DNA of 64,000 nt from an uncultured Desulfatitalea sp. (GCA_963668675.2 CAXXMB010000002.1:1472001-1536000), one strand, 5' to 3'; positions 30,201-39,749 are shown, counted from the first letter of the stretch. Made by a program: numbers and translations. Notes: generated by a model from the letters alone, not told the origin.

Positions 30201-31911
30201 GGAAGATAACCCGTGGGGTATCAAATTTTCTCGCCTTTTTGACATGTCTAACGACAGTTCTCTATTTAAAACTTTGGATATGGTCAGGGATTCAGAAGCG
30301 GGAGACATGGATTATCTCCCGCTTTACGAAGCAAAAATGGTGCATCAATTCGATCACCGCTGGGCCACCTACGAAACCGATGACGAGACCAGCCGGGACT
30401 GTACCTTGGCTGAAAAACAGGATCCAGCTTATCACAGTTTGCCGCGATATTGGGTGGACAGTTGGCAGGTGACCCTGCGCACGGCCCAGGTACCCAAAGC
30501 AGTGGTGGATGCAGCTAAAAGCAATAAATCTGATGTTATTAATGACAGCCTGGCCATATGGGCGGCCGGGGCGGCGCTGCTGAAAGGGGACAACAAAAAG
30601 GCCGAAGCGTTGTTGAAAGAACCCTTAACTCTGTTCAATACAGAAACAAGCGAAAAACAGAGAGCCGCGCTATGGATGGCCGAAAGATGGCCTCTATCTG
30701 ATCATGAATACAACCACATATCGGAAATAATCGCTACGAAGCAGGACCCTTTCCCCATTACCAGACAATTACTGGAGAACCGCCGGCCTCAGTATTTACT
30801 GGGGTGGCGTGATATATGCCGATCAACGGATGAACGGACCGCTATAGCCAGTATCATTCCTCATAGTGCGGTAGGTAATAATTTCCCACTTGTTTTAGTA
30901 GATAAAAGCCTTTGGGGTAAACCACTGGCAGCATTATATGCAAACCTTTGTTCACTTGTTTTTGATTTTGTTACACGCCACAAGGTTGGCGGAACTCATC
31001 TCAACTTTTTTATTTTCAGACAGTTACCGGTGCTTCCGCCATCCCATTATTCTGAAAGAGATCTTTCATTTATTACCAGTCGAGTTTTGGAATTATCATA
31101 TACCGGAAATTCTCTCAGGCCGTTCGCTGAAGATTTGGGATATAATGGCGCCCCATTCCCCTTCGACCCGAAAAGGCGCCATCAGCTCAGATGTGAATTG
31201 GATGCTTATTATGCCCGACTTTACCAATTGAACAGGGACGACCTGCGCTATATCCTCGACCCTGCCGAAGTGATGGGGGACGATTATCCATCGGAAACCT
31301 TCCGTGGACTAAAATCCAAGGAGATGAATCAGTTCGGTGAATACCGCACACGACGTTTGGTGCTGGAAGCCTGGGACAAACTGGAAGCCGAGTCACAACG
31401 CCCGGCGGCACAGGCTTATCACGAAAATCCCCAGCTGTTTCCATGGCCCGGGCGGGAAGCCTTTGTCTACGAACTCATTCCGCACCTTGTGGCGGCCAAA
31501 GAGGGCATGGAGTTTGACTATTACCGAGATGCCGCCATTCTGGCTTCCCGACCGGACAACCTGCGCCAATTATTGCCCCCCGACAGTCGCCCACTGTTTG
31601 ACGATCTCCCCGAAAAGACTATCTCATGCTGCGCATTTCCTTCGGACCAGCATATCCGGCCGCGCGATATTCGAAGAGGGCTGACCGCCGATGGTCGCAT
31701 TCAGATCGACCCCGATAGCCTGATCACCTGGTGTGGCGCAAAAACGGCGTCCCTGAAATTTGAAGCCGACCTTTCACCACTCATCCCGTTAATTCTCACT
31801 GCAGGCGATGTTCTAAAAAAGGCTCAATCCGATATGCAACCCTTGTTGGATGCCGACCAACAGGAAGAAGCGCAACAGGTTATTCAATTTATCCAAGGGG
31901 CGGTGGCTTGA
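27238..31911 (+). CDS. Large N6-adenine DNA methyltransferase (Eco57I/type IIG, DrmMI-like) with an extra C-terminal domain
   Basis: GSYYTP, DPACGSGHFL, GNPPW motifs; ~170 aa remain after the typical GEYRTRRLVLEAWD ending. Confidence 0.88.
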   Translation: MPKHRNDTGLEAIRIEGGLLSTALMQQLRHYQLPGQTSEAYDIEKGLKLSDELGRYWRIAQARWQRYSELRQRVDLDHTTLAVEQWLLPLFTRVLGYQINPSEPLQKAERLFPITHTAFDGTVPFVFTGAEYPLDTGDTRFGESGHKRSPAGLLQEYINAEERCMWAFVGNGLTLRLMRDNPAITRPAYVEIDLQRMFDEELYADFTVFWLLLHATRLAPVDSRPDNCYLEQWRNQGLDEGERVLGQLRYGVTQALRIIGTGFVAHPDNHSLRENLKSGELSTDQFFQELLRLIYRMLFLLTTEDRGVLLDPKASNDARTLYQQGYSVGMLRDRARFKRHHDNYSDAWQQLLVTFAGFSTGQPLLAQPALGGLFADDQCPNLDKAELANRYLYTALFNLCYFQTGGVLSRVNYKEMDEELGSIYESLLELIPQFSTNGQWQFGFIGDEADGDGTAGHARKLTGSYYTPHALVQELIKSALEPVLAQRLRENPENPREALLDITVCDPACGSGHFLLAAARRLAAQLARIDAGSDQPTETDYRHALREVISRCIYGVDINPLAVELCRMALWIEAMEPGKPLGFLDAHIRVGNSLVGVLNPETLKKGIPDKAFQPLTGDDKDIAAALKMRNRLDPRQKEIFGRGVADLSACAVDLAAMPEEDLNQVEQKRDAWTAMLYSEACQKEKLRADLYSAAYFAPKTAENNDNVPTNFELNAIEHDEAIRPEMRSHIAGLAAGHRFFHWHIAFPEVFEKGGFDVLLGNPPWERIKIQEKEFFASRSQEIAGAANAASRRRKIEALQNGTEAENALYREFQYTKHTAEAVSLFVRESGRFPLTARGDINLYAIFAEHFAYAVNDTGRAGILVPTGIATDDSTKIFFSTVVKNNRLFSLFDFENREGLFAGVHRSYKFCLLTLGSNKQAAQLSFFATQTPQLKDKRRSFTLSPDEFSLINPNTLTCPVFRSQKDAELTKKIYRTAPILIREATCKRPEDNPWGIKFSRLFDMSNDSSLFKTLDMVRDSEAGDMDYLPLYEAKMVHQFDHRWATYETDDETSRDCTLAEKQDPAYHSLPRYWVDSWQVTLRTAQVPKAVVDAAKSNKSDVINDSLAIWAAGAALLKGDNKKAEALLKEPLTLFNTETSEKQRAALWMAERWPLSDHEYNHISEIIATKQDPFPITRQLLENRRPQYLLGWRDICRSTDERTAIASIIPHSAVGNNFPLVLVDKSLWGKPLAALYANLCSLVFDFVTRHKVGGTHLNFFIFRQLPVLPPSHYSERDLSFITSRVLELSYTGNSLRPFAEDLGYNGAPFPFDPKRRHQLRCELDAYYARLYQLNRDDLRYILDPAEVMGDDYPSETFRGLKSKEMNQFGEYRTRRLVLEAWDKLEAESQRPAAQAYHENPQLFPWPGREAFVYELIPHLVAAKEGMEFDYYRDAAILASRPDNLRQLLPPDSRPLFDDLPEKTISCCAFPSDQHIRPRDIRRGLTADGRIQIDPDSLITWCGAKTASLKFEADLSPLIPLILTAGDVLKKAQSDMQPLLDADQQEEAQQVIQFIQGAVA

Positions 31912-31923
31912 TGGGGAGAAATC

Positions 31924-33930
31924 ATGGATTCGGTATTTACTATAAGTCCTGAACGCATAGCGCCCAGGCTTTGGCTGGAGCGGCTGGTGATCTTTCGAAG
32001 CCTGGAGCCGGTGGATATCATCCGGGAGATGACCTTTCAACGCGGACTCAATATTGTGTGGGGAGTGTCCCAGGATGCGGATGATGAGAGCGAAACACCC
32101 GGTGTTCTCACCGGGCACTCCGTGGGCAAAACCACCCTTTGCCGTCTGATTCGTTATGCCTTGGGCGAAGAGACGTTCGGCCGAAAGTCGGCGCAAAATG
32201 CCATCCGGCACGCCTTCCCCGATGGCGCCATAGGTGCCACGCTTCATCTGGAAGGGGTTCAGTGGTCAATACTCAGGTCCATCGGCATATCAGGCGAATC
32301 ATATGCGGTTCAGGAGACGACCATCGAGGCCCTGATCCACCGTCCCCCCGGAGACCAGTCCTATTTCAAATTGCAGAAACAACTTCAACAAGCCTTTATA
32401 GGGCCACTGCCTGCCGCGAAGCCGCCCAACGCCGATCAGGAATACCTGTGGATGCACCTTTTGGCCTGGCTGAGCCGTGATCAGGAGTCCCGCTACCAGA
32501 ATTTGTGGGAGTGGCGCTCCGGCCGGAGCGAATCAAAGGTTCCGGCCTTTAAGGAACGCAAAAAGGCCGGACTTTATTTGATGCGAATGGTCATGGATAT
32601 CATGGCGGATGACGAAGTCGCCATCACCGCCGACCTGAACCAATGGAATGAAACCTTGCGTCATTTGGAAGCACAGTTACGGGAGATGCAAAAAGAGCCG
32701 GAATACCAGATTCGACACCATGAACAGATGCTGCGAAAAATTGTAGACGTAAGCCCTGACGACGATACCCAGGGGCTCTTTGGCCTGCGCGCCCAAGTCA
32801 CACAACTTGATGACTCGCTGTTATCGACTATTGGACAACTTCAAAATAGACGTCGTGATACAGCCGATGCGTTGTCTCGGCACCGTGCGGAGCTTCTGGA
32901 ATACGAAAAAGTGATCCAAAAAATCGAGGCTGCCCTGGCGACAATGGAAGAGGGCATGGAATCGACCGATGATATCGACAAAGAGTTGCAAAAGCTTGAA
33001 ACGGTGGTTGAAGGCCGTTGTTTATATGGCCAGATACCCTTTAAACAGTGCAGCTATTTCAACACCTATCTCAAGGAATTGCGCGGTGAGTTGATCGTTT
33101 TGCAGCGTGCCCGTCAGGACAGGGCCATGGACAAAGCCGGCGATGAGCGTAAGCGGATCATTCAAAAGTGGCTCGAAGAAAAGATGCAGATCAGAGAGAA
33201 GCTTGAAACCGCCCGCCAGACCATTACGGCCCTGGAGCAGAAGGAAAGAGAGCTCGAACGGGAGATCATTGCATTATCAGCCCATCAGGATCGGCTTCGT
33301 TACCACAGGGAGCAGTGGGAGATGGCTCAGGATCTCCGGGATGGCAAACGGGTCAACACCGAGATTGAAAGGGACAAAAAGGAGATCGAAACGCTGAAGC
33401 AGAAGATACGTGACGGCGAATCAAATGTGAAGAGCATGCAGGTCCGGCAATTCCAGCGCGGTGAAAATCTGCGCAGGCTTTATGATAAGGTGCTCAAGAC
33501 GGTGTTGTCGGAGAGCTATTTCGGCGACGTGCGCCTGCCGCCACGCCATGATCTTGAATTCCGGATCCGCGAAATAACCGCAGGTCTGGCCGGCGAAGCG
33601 GTGGAAACCCTGTCCCTGGTTCTGGCCGACTTCACGGCCGTACTTTGGGCCGTCCAGGGCAACGGCACCCACCCTGCCTTCCTGTTGCACGACAGCCCCC
33701 GGGAGGCCGACCTCGATCGCCATATCTACGGCCTTTTCCTTAAAAGCGTTCATACCATATCGGATACCATGGGTGGTCTTAATGCCCCCTTCCAATACAT
33801 CATCACAACAACCAGCAAGCCCCCCAAGGCGATCCTCGAGAGCCAGGTGGTCCGATTAAAACTCCGTGCGCACCCGGAAACGGACCTGCTGTTCAAGCAG
33901 TTCCTTATTGTCGGATCACCGTTGGCGTAA
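31924..33930 (+). CDS. SMC-like coiled-coil ABC ATPase (ABC three-component / Lamassu LmuB-like)
   Basis: GLNIVWG...GHSVGKTT Walker A, long coiled coil with central Cys pair, FLLHDSPREAD Walker B, QYIITTT. Confidence 0.75.
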   Translation: MDSVFTISPERIAPRLWLERLVIFRSLEPVDIIREMTFQRGLNIVWGVSQDADDESETPGVLTGHSVGKTTLCRLIRYALGEETFGRKSAQNAIRHAFPDGAIGATLHLEGVQWSILRSIGISGESYAVQETTIEALIHRPPGDQSYFKLQKQLQQAFIGPLPAAKPPNADQEYLWMHLLAWLSRDQESRYQNLWEWRSGRSESKVPAFKERKKAGLYLMRMVMDIMADDEVAITADLNQWNETLRHLEAQLREMQKEPEYQIRHHEQMLRKIVDVSPDDDTQGLFGLRAQVTQLDDSLLSTIGQLQNRRRDTADALSRHRAELLEYEKVIQKIEAALATMEEGMESTDDIDKELQKLETVVEGRCLYGQIPFKQCSYFNTYLKELRGELIVLQRARQDRAMDKAGDERKRIIQKWLEEKMQIREKLETARQTITALEQKERELEREIIALSAHQDRLRYHREQWEMAQDLRDGKRVNTEIERDKKEIETLKQKIRDGESNVKSMQVRQFQRGENLRRLYDKVLKTVLSESYFGDVRLPPRHDLEFRIREITAGLAGEAVETLSLVLADFTAVLWAVQGNGTHPAFLLHDSPREADLDRHIYGLFLKSVHTISDTMGGLNAPFQYIITTTSKPPKAILESQVVRLKLRAHPETDLLFKQFLIVGSPLA

Positions 33931-34070
33931 GGGACTGGATGGCGTTTGATAGGTCAAAAATACTGGATTTGAATAAACGGGAAATAGCATTGAAAAAACA
34001 GCTTGTTGCAAATATTAATCAAAAATGATTAACAAACCATGTTAATTTTTTAATTGAAACGTGGGTTCGT

Positions 34071-34406
34071 ATGCGTATATTCTTTAAGACGAAAAAGCTG
34101 CAAAAGATATGCTCGGAAAGTGCCCAGGCCAAAAAACATCTGGGCGCCAAAGGCGGCCTGAAGTTGCAACAGCGGATGATGGAGCTCAAGGCGGCCGATA
34201 CGCTGGCGAACATATCACGGCTGCCCCCTGCCCGGTGCCATGAACTGACCGGCAACAGAGCGGGGCAGCTTTCCGTTGATCTCGCGCATCCATATCGCCT
34301 GCTGTTTATTGCCGCCAATGATCCCCGGCCGGGACACAAAGACGGCGGTCTGGACTGGGAAGGGGTTACCGAAATCGAGATCATCGGGATTGCAGACACC
34401 CATTGA
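34071..34406 (+). CDS. higB: HigB/RelE-family toxin
   Basis: HELTGNRAGQLSVDLAHPYRLLF; toxin-first order. Confidence 0.85.
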   Translation: MRIFFKTKKLQKICSESAQAKKHLGAKGGLKLQQRMMELKAADTLANISRLPPARCHELTGNRAGQLSVDLAHPYRLLFIAANDPRPGHKDGGLDWEGVTEIEIIGIADTH

Positions 34407-34419
34407 AAAGAGGTGCATC

Positions 34420-35499
34420 ATGGCCGCAGCCCAAAAAAGATATGAATTTGAACCAGATTATGCCGTTGCACCGGGCGCAACCTTGCTGGAAACGATGCAA
34501 TCGCTGGGTATGACACAAAAGGAGCTGGCCCTGCGCACCGGCCTGACCGAACAGACCCTGACCCGTATTATCAAGGGCGAGCAACCCATTACCTACGAAA
34601 CCGCCAACCGACTTGAACTGGTCACACAGGTACCGGCTCGGTTCTGGAATAATCTGGAAGCCCAATATCGAGAGCAATTGACGAAGATTGCGGAACGACA
34701 GCGGTTGGAATCCAATATCCAATGGCTCAAAACCATTCCCACCAAAGAGTTGATTGATCGTGGCTACATTAAGCCCACACAGGACAAGGTGGTGCTGTTG
34801 CGCCGGACGCTCGCCATGTATGCGGTCAGCAGCGTCGATGCGTGGAAAGAGGTTTGGGAACGGCCCGCTGTTGCGGCCCGCCGGTCTCCCTGTTTTGAAT
34901 CTCGCCCCGGTGATGCCTCGGCATGGATTCGCCAGGGTGAATTGCAGGCTCAGTTCATTGAATGCAATGCGTTTGATAAACAACGATTCAAAACAGCCTT
35001 ATTGACGATTCGTGCTTTGACCCGAGAGCGTGCCGAGGTTTTCGAGCCTGAATTGAAACGCATATGCGCCGAAGCAGGCGTAGCCGTTGCCCTCGTGCCT
35101 GAAATGAAAAAGGTCCCTTGGAACGGCGCCACCCGCTGGTTATCATCCAAAAAGGCCATGATTTTGCTCAGCCTGCGTGGGAAAGGGGAAGACAAGTTCT
35201 GGTTCTCATTTTTCCACGAAGCCGGACATGTGCTAAATGACGGCAAAAAGGATTTATTGATCAACGACGGCACCCAAATTGATCCGCGTGAGAAACGCGC
35301 TAACGATTTTGCATCGGAAATACTCATTCCTTCCCGTTACAACTTCCATATTCAGCGAATCCGGTCAAAGGCGGAGGTCGTTGAACTGGCGAATAAACTT
35401 GGTATTGCCCCGGGAATTGTTGCCGGCCGTTATCAATTTCTAACCGGCAAGTGGCACTTTTTCAAAGAGCTGATACGTAAATTACAGTGGGCCAAATGA
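34420..35499 (+). CDS. higA: HigA-family HTH antitoxin fused to an ImmA/IrrE-type Zn peptidase domain
   Basis: PGATL...MTQKELALR HTH, FWNNLE, FFHEAGH (HExxH), EKRANDFA; ATG at 34420. Confidence 0.85.
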   Translation: MAAAQKRYEFEPDYAVAPGATLLETMQSLGMTQKELALRTGLTEQTLTRIIKGEQPITYETANRLELVTQVPARFWNNLEAQYREQLTKIAERQRLESNIQWLKTIPTKELIDRGYIKPTQDKVVLLRRTLAMYAVSSVDAWKEVWERPAVAARRSPCFESRPGDASAWIRQGELQAQFIECNAFDKQRFKTALLTIRALTRERAEVFEPELKRICAEAGVAVALVPEMKKVPWNGATRWLSSKKAMILLSLRGKGEDKFWFSFFHEAGHVLNDGKKDLLINDGTQIDPREKRANDFASEILIPSRYNFHIQRIRSKAEVVELANKLGIAPGIVAGRYQFLTGKWHFFKELIRKLQWAK

Positions 35500-35568
35500 G
35501 AGTGACGCATGTTATTGATGTCCGAACCGCGAACAAGGCCGGATTAACCAACCAAACGTAAGGATGCC

Positions 35569-38208
35569 ATGAGCCGGTACTGTGGAGATAAAGATACGAA
35601 AGCCATACTGGAAGCAGCAGAACATTGGCGGCACAAAGGTTTGCTGACGGACGGCTCCATATTCAGTGAAAAATCACTCTGGCAGCTGGAGCACCTAAAA
35701 TCCCTGGATCAGTATTTCATTAACCAGCTGGATGAGGGAGAAGGAAACTTCTTTGACAAACTCTCTGCTCAACTTGCCCCCACAGTGCCTGAGGTTAAGC
35801 AACTTACCGCTGAGATCCTATGGGTCATGTTCCTGTGCCCAAGCAATATTGGGGAGAACAAAAAGCGGGAGGGTATTCGAACCATATGGGGATGGTCTCA
35901 AGAGGCCTTGCCCGAAGATTCGCCGTATCTGAGGGATGCAACACTTGCAGGGGTTGGAAGTGCCGGAATGGGCTATAACAATCTCAGATGGCGTGAGTTG
36001 ATTTTTGTCATTCGATTGGTGATGGCCCTCAAACAGCTCACCGACGTGGAGCGCGAGTCGCTTTTAAACGATGGCTGGTCGCTCGCAAAATGGCTGGAGC
36101 AAATCCCGGAATGTGATACAAGGCAATTCCGCCACATGATGCTGTTTTTACTCTTTCCCGATGAGTTTGAACGTATCTTTGGCGGTGTTGATCGTCGTAA
36201 AATCGTTTCTGCTTTTAGTCGTAGATCTGAAGCGCAGGTAAAAAGTTTATCCGCCTTGGACATCGATAAAGAGCTGGCCCAAATCCGGAAGCATCAGGAA
36301 GAGACTTATGGCAGTACGGAGCTCGATTTCTATCTGCCTCCGCTTCGGGATCAATGGGGGGATATCAGAAATGTTTCTTGGCTGATGACCTGGAATCCGC
36401 AAAAATCGCCCTGGAAAAGTTTATCGGAAGATCGAGCGAAAACCCATGATGGAGGCACGGTTACCAAACGCTGGAGTTGTGCAAATCGAAATGCCAAGGT
36501 GGGTGATAAAGCATATCTTTCCCGAACAGGCGTTACACCCAAAGGCATCATAGCTGTCGGTAATATCGTGACAGCACCTTTTGAGGCCCCGCATTGGGAC
36601 AAAGCGAAGGCAGCAGCCAACAAAACCCAGTGGTATGTTGAAATTGATTTTACCCGCATTCAAGACCCCTTGGCCAACGACCCTTATGTGTCAATCGACG
36701 CTCTCAACAAGATTGCAATCGATCAGCAGGATTGGTCGCCCCAGTCGTCGGGTATCGAAATAAAGCAGCGTGCGGCAGGGGCGCTGAAAAAGCTCTGGGA
36801 GGGCTCGGTTGCGAAATCCCTACAGCAACCATCGGATTTGGTCAGTCGAACGCCAGGTATGACTGAAGCAACCAACCTCATTTTTTATGGCCCGCCAGGT
36901 ACCGGGAAAACCTTTAAGCTTAGAAAACTTGCCGAAGAACAATATAGCAACAAAAAGCAGAGCATCGGCCGAGATGCCTGGTTAAGTCAGCAGCTTTTGG
37001 AGGTGCGGTGGTTCGATGCGGTCTTTGCAGTCCTTTATGACCTCGGCACAAAAGCAAAGGTTTCGGATATTGCCGGACACGAATTCATTGTGCTCAAAGC
37101 ACGCGCCATGGGACGTCACCAAAATATTAATCAGACCATCTGGGCTACTTTGCAGGCCCATACCAGTGAAGCCTCCAGAACCGTTCAGTACAAGAATAAG
37201 AGCGCACCCTTTGTATTTGATAAAGGTGCAGACAGCGTCTGGACGTTTGCGGGCGATTGGGAAGAAGAATGTGCCGAACAAGTGAATCTTGCCAAGACTC
37301 TGAAAAAAGGACCGGCTGTGGGGACCGCGCAGCATCGCTGCGAGTTTGTGACCTTCCACCAATCTTACAGTTATGAGGATTTTGTCGAAGGCATACGCCC
37401 CATTAAGAACGAAGAGAGCGGCGAAATGGCTTATGAGGTCGTTCCCGGCGTGTTCCGTCGTATCGCCCAAAAGGCCAAGGCCGATCCAGGTCAGCGCTAC
37501 GCGATTTTCATCGACGAGATCAATCGAGGCAACATTGCTAAAATATTTGGTGAATTAATCACGCTGCTCGAAACGGATAAACGAGCAATCTTCACTGAAA
37601 ATGGTGAAAAAAAGTCCGGCATGGAGTTGACGCTACCATACTCCGGCGATCTATTCGGTGTGCCTACAAATCTGGATCTATTTGGATCAATGAACACAGC
37701 TGATCGTTCCATCGCCCTGCTGGACACGGCATTGAGGCGGAGGTTCAAGTTTCAGGAATTGATGCCTGATGCTGGCTTGATCAGCGGCTCTCGCGGCGAC
37801 GGTTACATTGAAGATGGGGAAGGCAGTGTAATCAATCTTAGGGCGTTGCTCGAATCAATGAACCGACGTATTCGCTTTCTTCTCAACCGGGATATGACCC
37901 TGGGGCATGCATATTTCATGACTGTGAAGGATTTTCCTGGGCTTAAGAATGTGATGCTGAATCAGGTCATCCCATTGTTGCAGGAGTATTTTTACGAGGA
38001 TTGGCACAGGATACAATTAGTACTTCAGGACGTGGGGCCGAGCGGGGAAAAATTGGAACCCCAAATTATTTGTCACGACACATTAAAGGAACAGGATGTT
38101 CTGGGTTTTGACCATGACGATTATGAGGACTTCATTGATTATTGGGTGGCACCGCCCGATGACATAACACCTGATGCAATCCGCAAAGTATATGAGAAAG
38201 CCTCCTGA
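35569..38208 (+). CDS. mcrB: McrB-family AAA+ GTPase with N-terminal EVE-like domain
   Basis: GPPGTGKT, FVTFHQSYSYEDFVEG, DEINRGN, MNTADRS; WLMTWNP...KVGDKAYL...GIIAVG EVE-like segment. Confidence 0.9.
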   Translation: MSRYCGDKDTKAILEAAEHWRHKGLLTDGSIFSEKSLWQLEHLKSLDQYFINQLDEGEGNFFDKLSAQLAPTVPEVKQLTAEILWVMFLCPSNIGENKKREGIRTIWGWSQEALPEDSPYLRDATLAGVGSAGMGYNNLRWRELIFVIRLVMALKQLTDVERESLLNDGWSLAKWLEQIPECDTRQFRHMMLFLLFPDEFERIFGGVDRRKIVSAFSRRSEAQVKSLSALDIDKELAQIRKHQEETYGSTELDFYLPPLRDQWGDIRNVSWLMTWNPQKSPWKSLSEDRAKTHDGGTVTKRWSCANRNAKVGDKAYLSRTGVTPKGIIAVGNIVTAPFEAPHWDKAKAAANKTQWYVEIDFTRIQDPLANDPYVSIDALNKIAIDQQDWSPQSSGIEIKQRAAGALKKLWEGSVAKSLQQPSDLVSRTPGMTEATNLIFYGPPGTGKTFKLRKLAEEQYSNKKQSIGRDAWLSQQLLEVRWFDAVFAVLYDLGTKAKVSDIAGHEFIVLKARAMGRHQNINQTIWATLQAHTSEASRTVQYKNKSAPFVFDKGADSVWTFAGDWEEECAEQVNLAKTLKKGPAVGTAQHRCEFVTFHQSYSYEDFVEGIRPIKNEESGEMAYEVVPGVFRRIAQKAKADPGQRYAIFIDEINRGNIAKIFGELITLLETDKRAIFTENGEKKSGMELTLPYSGDLFGVPTNLDLFGSMNTADRSIALLDTALRRRFKFQELMPDAGLISGSRGDGYIEDGEGSVINLRALLESMNRRIRFLLNRDMTLGHAYFMTVKDFPGLKNVMLNQVIPLLQEYFYEDWHRIQLVLQDVGPSGEKLEPQIICHDTLKEQDVLGFDHDDYEDFIDYWVAPPDDITPDAIRKVYEKAS

Positions 38209-38210
38209 CG

Positions 38211-39449
38211 GTGGAATCACTATCACTTATCGAGCATGAATCCCTGCCAATAGTTCCGCAACGGATTCGGGGGCAGAATGCACTATCTTCAGCACATGCC
38301 GAAGCGCTGCAAAAGCTGGAGCGATTGGTGCCCGCAAATGCCTTCTCCTGGGGGCACCACACAGTAAAGTTTGCAAATTATTGCGGCGTGATCTGCCTTG
38401 GCAATCTGTCCATTGAAATCCTCCCAAAGATTTACGGAAAAGAGACCGAACCAGGCGCCTGTCGTAAAGCCCTCATCAAAATGCTTGTAAAAGCAAGAAG
38501 GTTAAAGATTCAGCGTGGTGGTGCTGCAAGCATCGAATTGCAAAAGTACAGCCTGCTGGATGTGTTTATCCTTCAATTCTGCGATCAACTTCACGCTGAG
38601 CTCATGCAGGGAAAGATCCGGAATTATGTTGAAAAGCATGAAAACATCAATGTGCTTCGTGGACGGCTCCGCGTGGAACAGCAGTTCAAATACAACCTTG
38701 CCCATAAAGAACGATTGTATTGCCAGTATGATGAGTTAAGTGAGAATAATACCCATAATCAAGTCATCAAATATATTTTACGGCTGATGATGAAAATATC
38801 CACCGGCACAATGGTCCGAAAAAAGCTTACTGAACTGATCATGCGATTCGATGCTATCCGTGATGTTAAAGTGAATTTGAAAATGATAGACAGTTTGACC
38901 TTTGACCGTTCGACATGCCGTTACGAACTCATTTTCCAACAATGCTGCTGGTTCCTGCAAGGCCTCCATCCGGATGTGCTGGTGGGTAAAAATACTTGTA
39001 TTAGTCTCCTTTTTGATATGAACAAACTGTTTGAATGTTATGCGGCCGGTGTGTTCAGAAAAATAGCATGGGCCAAAGAGCTACGAATGCAGGAACAAGG
39101 ACCACGTAAATATATGGCCAGACGGGACCATGTCGGCGATCAACTCTTCCTCATGATTCCTGACATGACATTTTTCGATATGGATAATCATATTGTGGCC
39201 ATTGCGGATGCCAAATGGAAATTGCTTGATGATCGTGAAAAGAAAATGGGCATATCTCAAAGTGATATTTACCAGATGGCAGGATACTCTAAGCGATACC
39301 GTGTAGACAAACTTCTATTAATTTACCCGAAACAAAAGTGGCTAAAGAGCCCAGTAACATTAGATCTTCAAAACACGTCAGCATCTATCCATATAATTCC
39401 GATCGACGTTGTTTTAGAAAAGCAATCAATAAATGCGCAATTTCTATAG
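38211..39449 (+). CDS. mcrC: McrC-family PD-(D/E)xK nuclease
   Basis: IEILPKI, DMNKLFE, PDM...DAKWK, DIYQMAGY motifs; 2 bp after mcrB. Confidence 0.9.
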   Translation: MESLSLIEHESLPIVPQRIRGQNALSSAHAEALQKLERLVPANAFSWGHHTVKFANYCGVICLGNLSIEILPKIYGKETEPGACRKALIKMLVKARRLKIQRGGAASIELQKYSLLDVFILQFCDQLHAELMQGKIRNYVEKHENINVLRGRLRVEQQFKYNLAHKERLYCQYDELSENNTHNQVIKYILRLMMKISTGTMVRKKLTELIMRFDAIRDVKVNLKMIDSLTFDRSTCRYELIFQQCCWFLQGLHPDVLVGKNTCISLLFDMNKLFECYAAGVFRKIAWAKELRMQEQGPRKYMARRDHVGDQLFLMIPDMTFFDMDNHIVAIADAKWKLLDDREKKMGISQSDIYQMAGYSKRYRVDKLLLIYPKQKWLKSPVTLDLQNTSASIHIIPIDVVLEKQSINAQFL

Positions 39450-39587
39450 AGCGTCTTTTCCTATACTTTTTCTGAGTTAATCCCCCAAAATCCCTCCAAC
39501 CCACCAACATCTATATATATTAATTCCTAAGCAGACCACCACACCCACCCTACACACAATCTATCAACCAAACCAAGGAGGCAATCC

Positions 39588-39749
39588 ATGCTCAATTCAT
39601 TTGTTTTAACCGGCAACCTGGGCGCCGACCCCGAGATTTTCTATTCAAGCGATGGCGATCCGATTGCCACATTCAACCTGGCCTTTAATTCATCCAAGAA
39701 AAAGACCGGCTGGATCAAAGTCACCACCATGACGGGAAGAAGGTGTTAA
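39588..39749 (+). pseudogene. ssb: Truncated ssb paralogue
   Basis: MLNSFVLTGNLGADPEIFYSSDGDPIATFNLAF...GWIKV, then loss of similarity at about 39726; RBS AAGGAGG. Confidence 0.85.
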
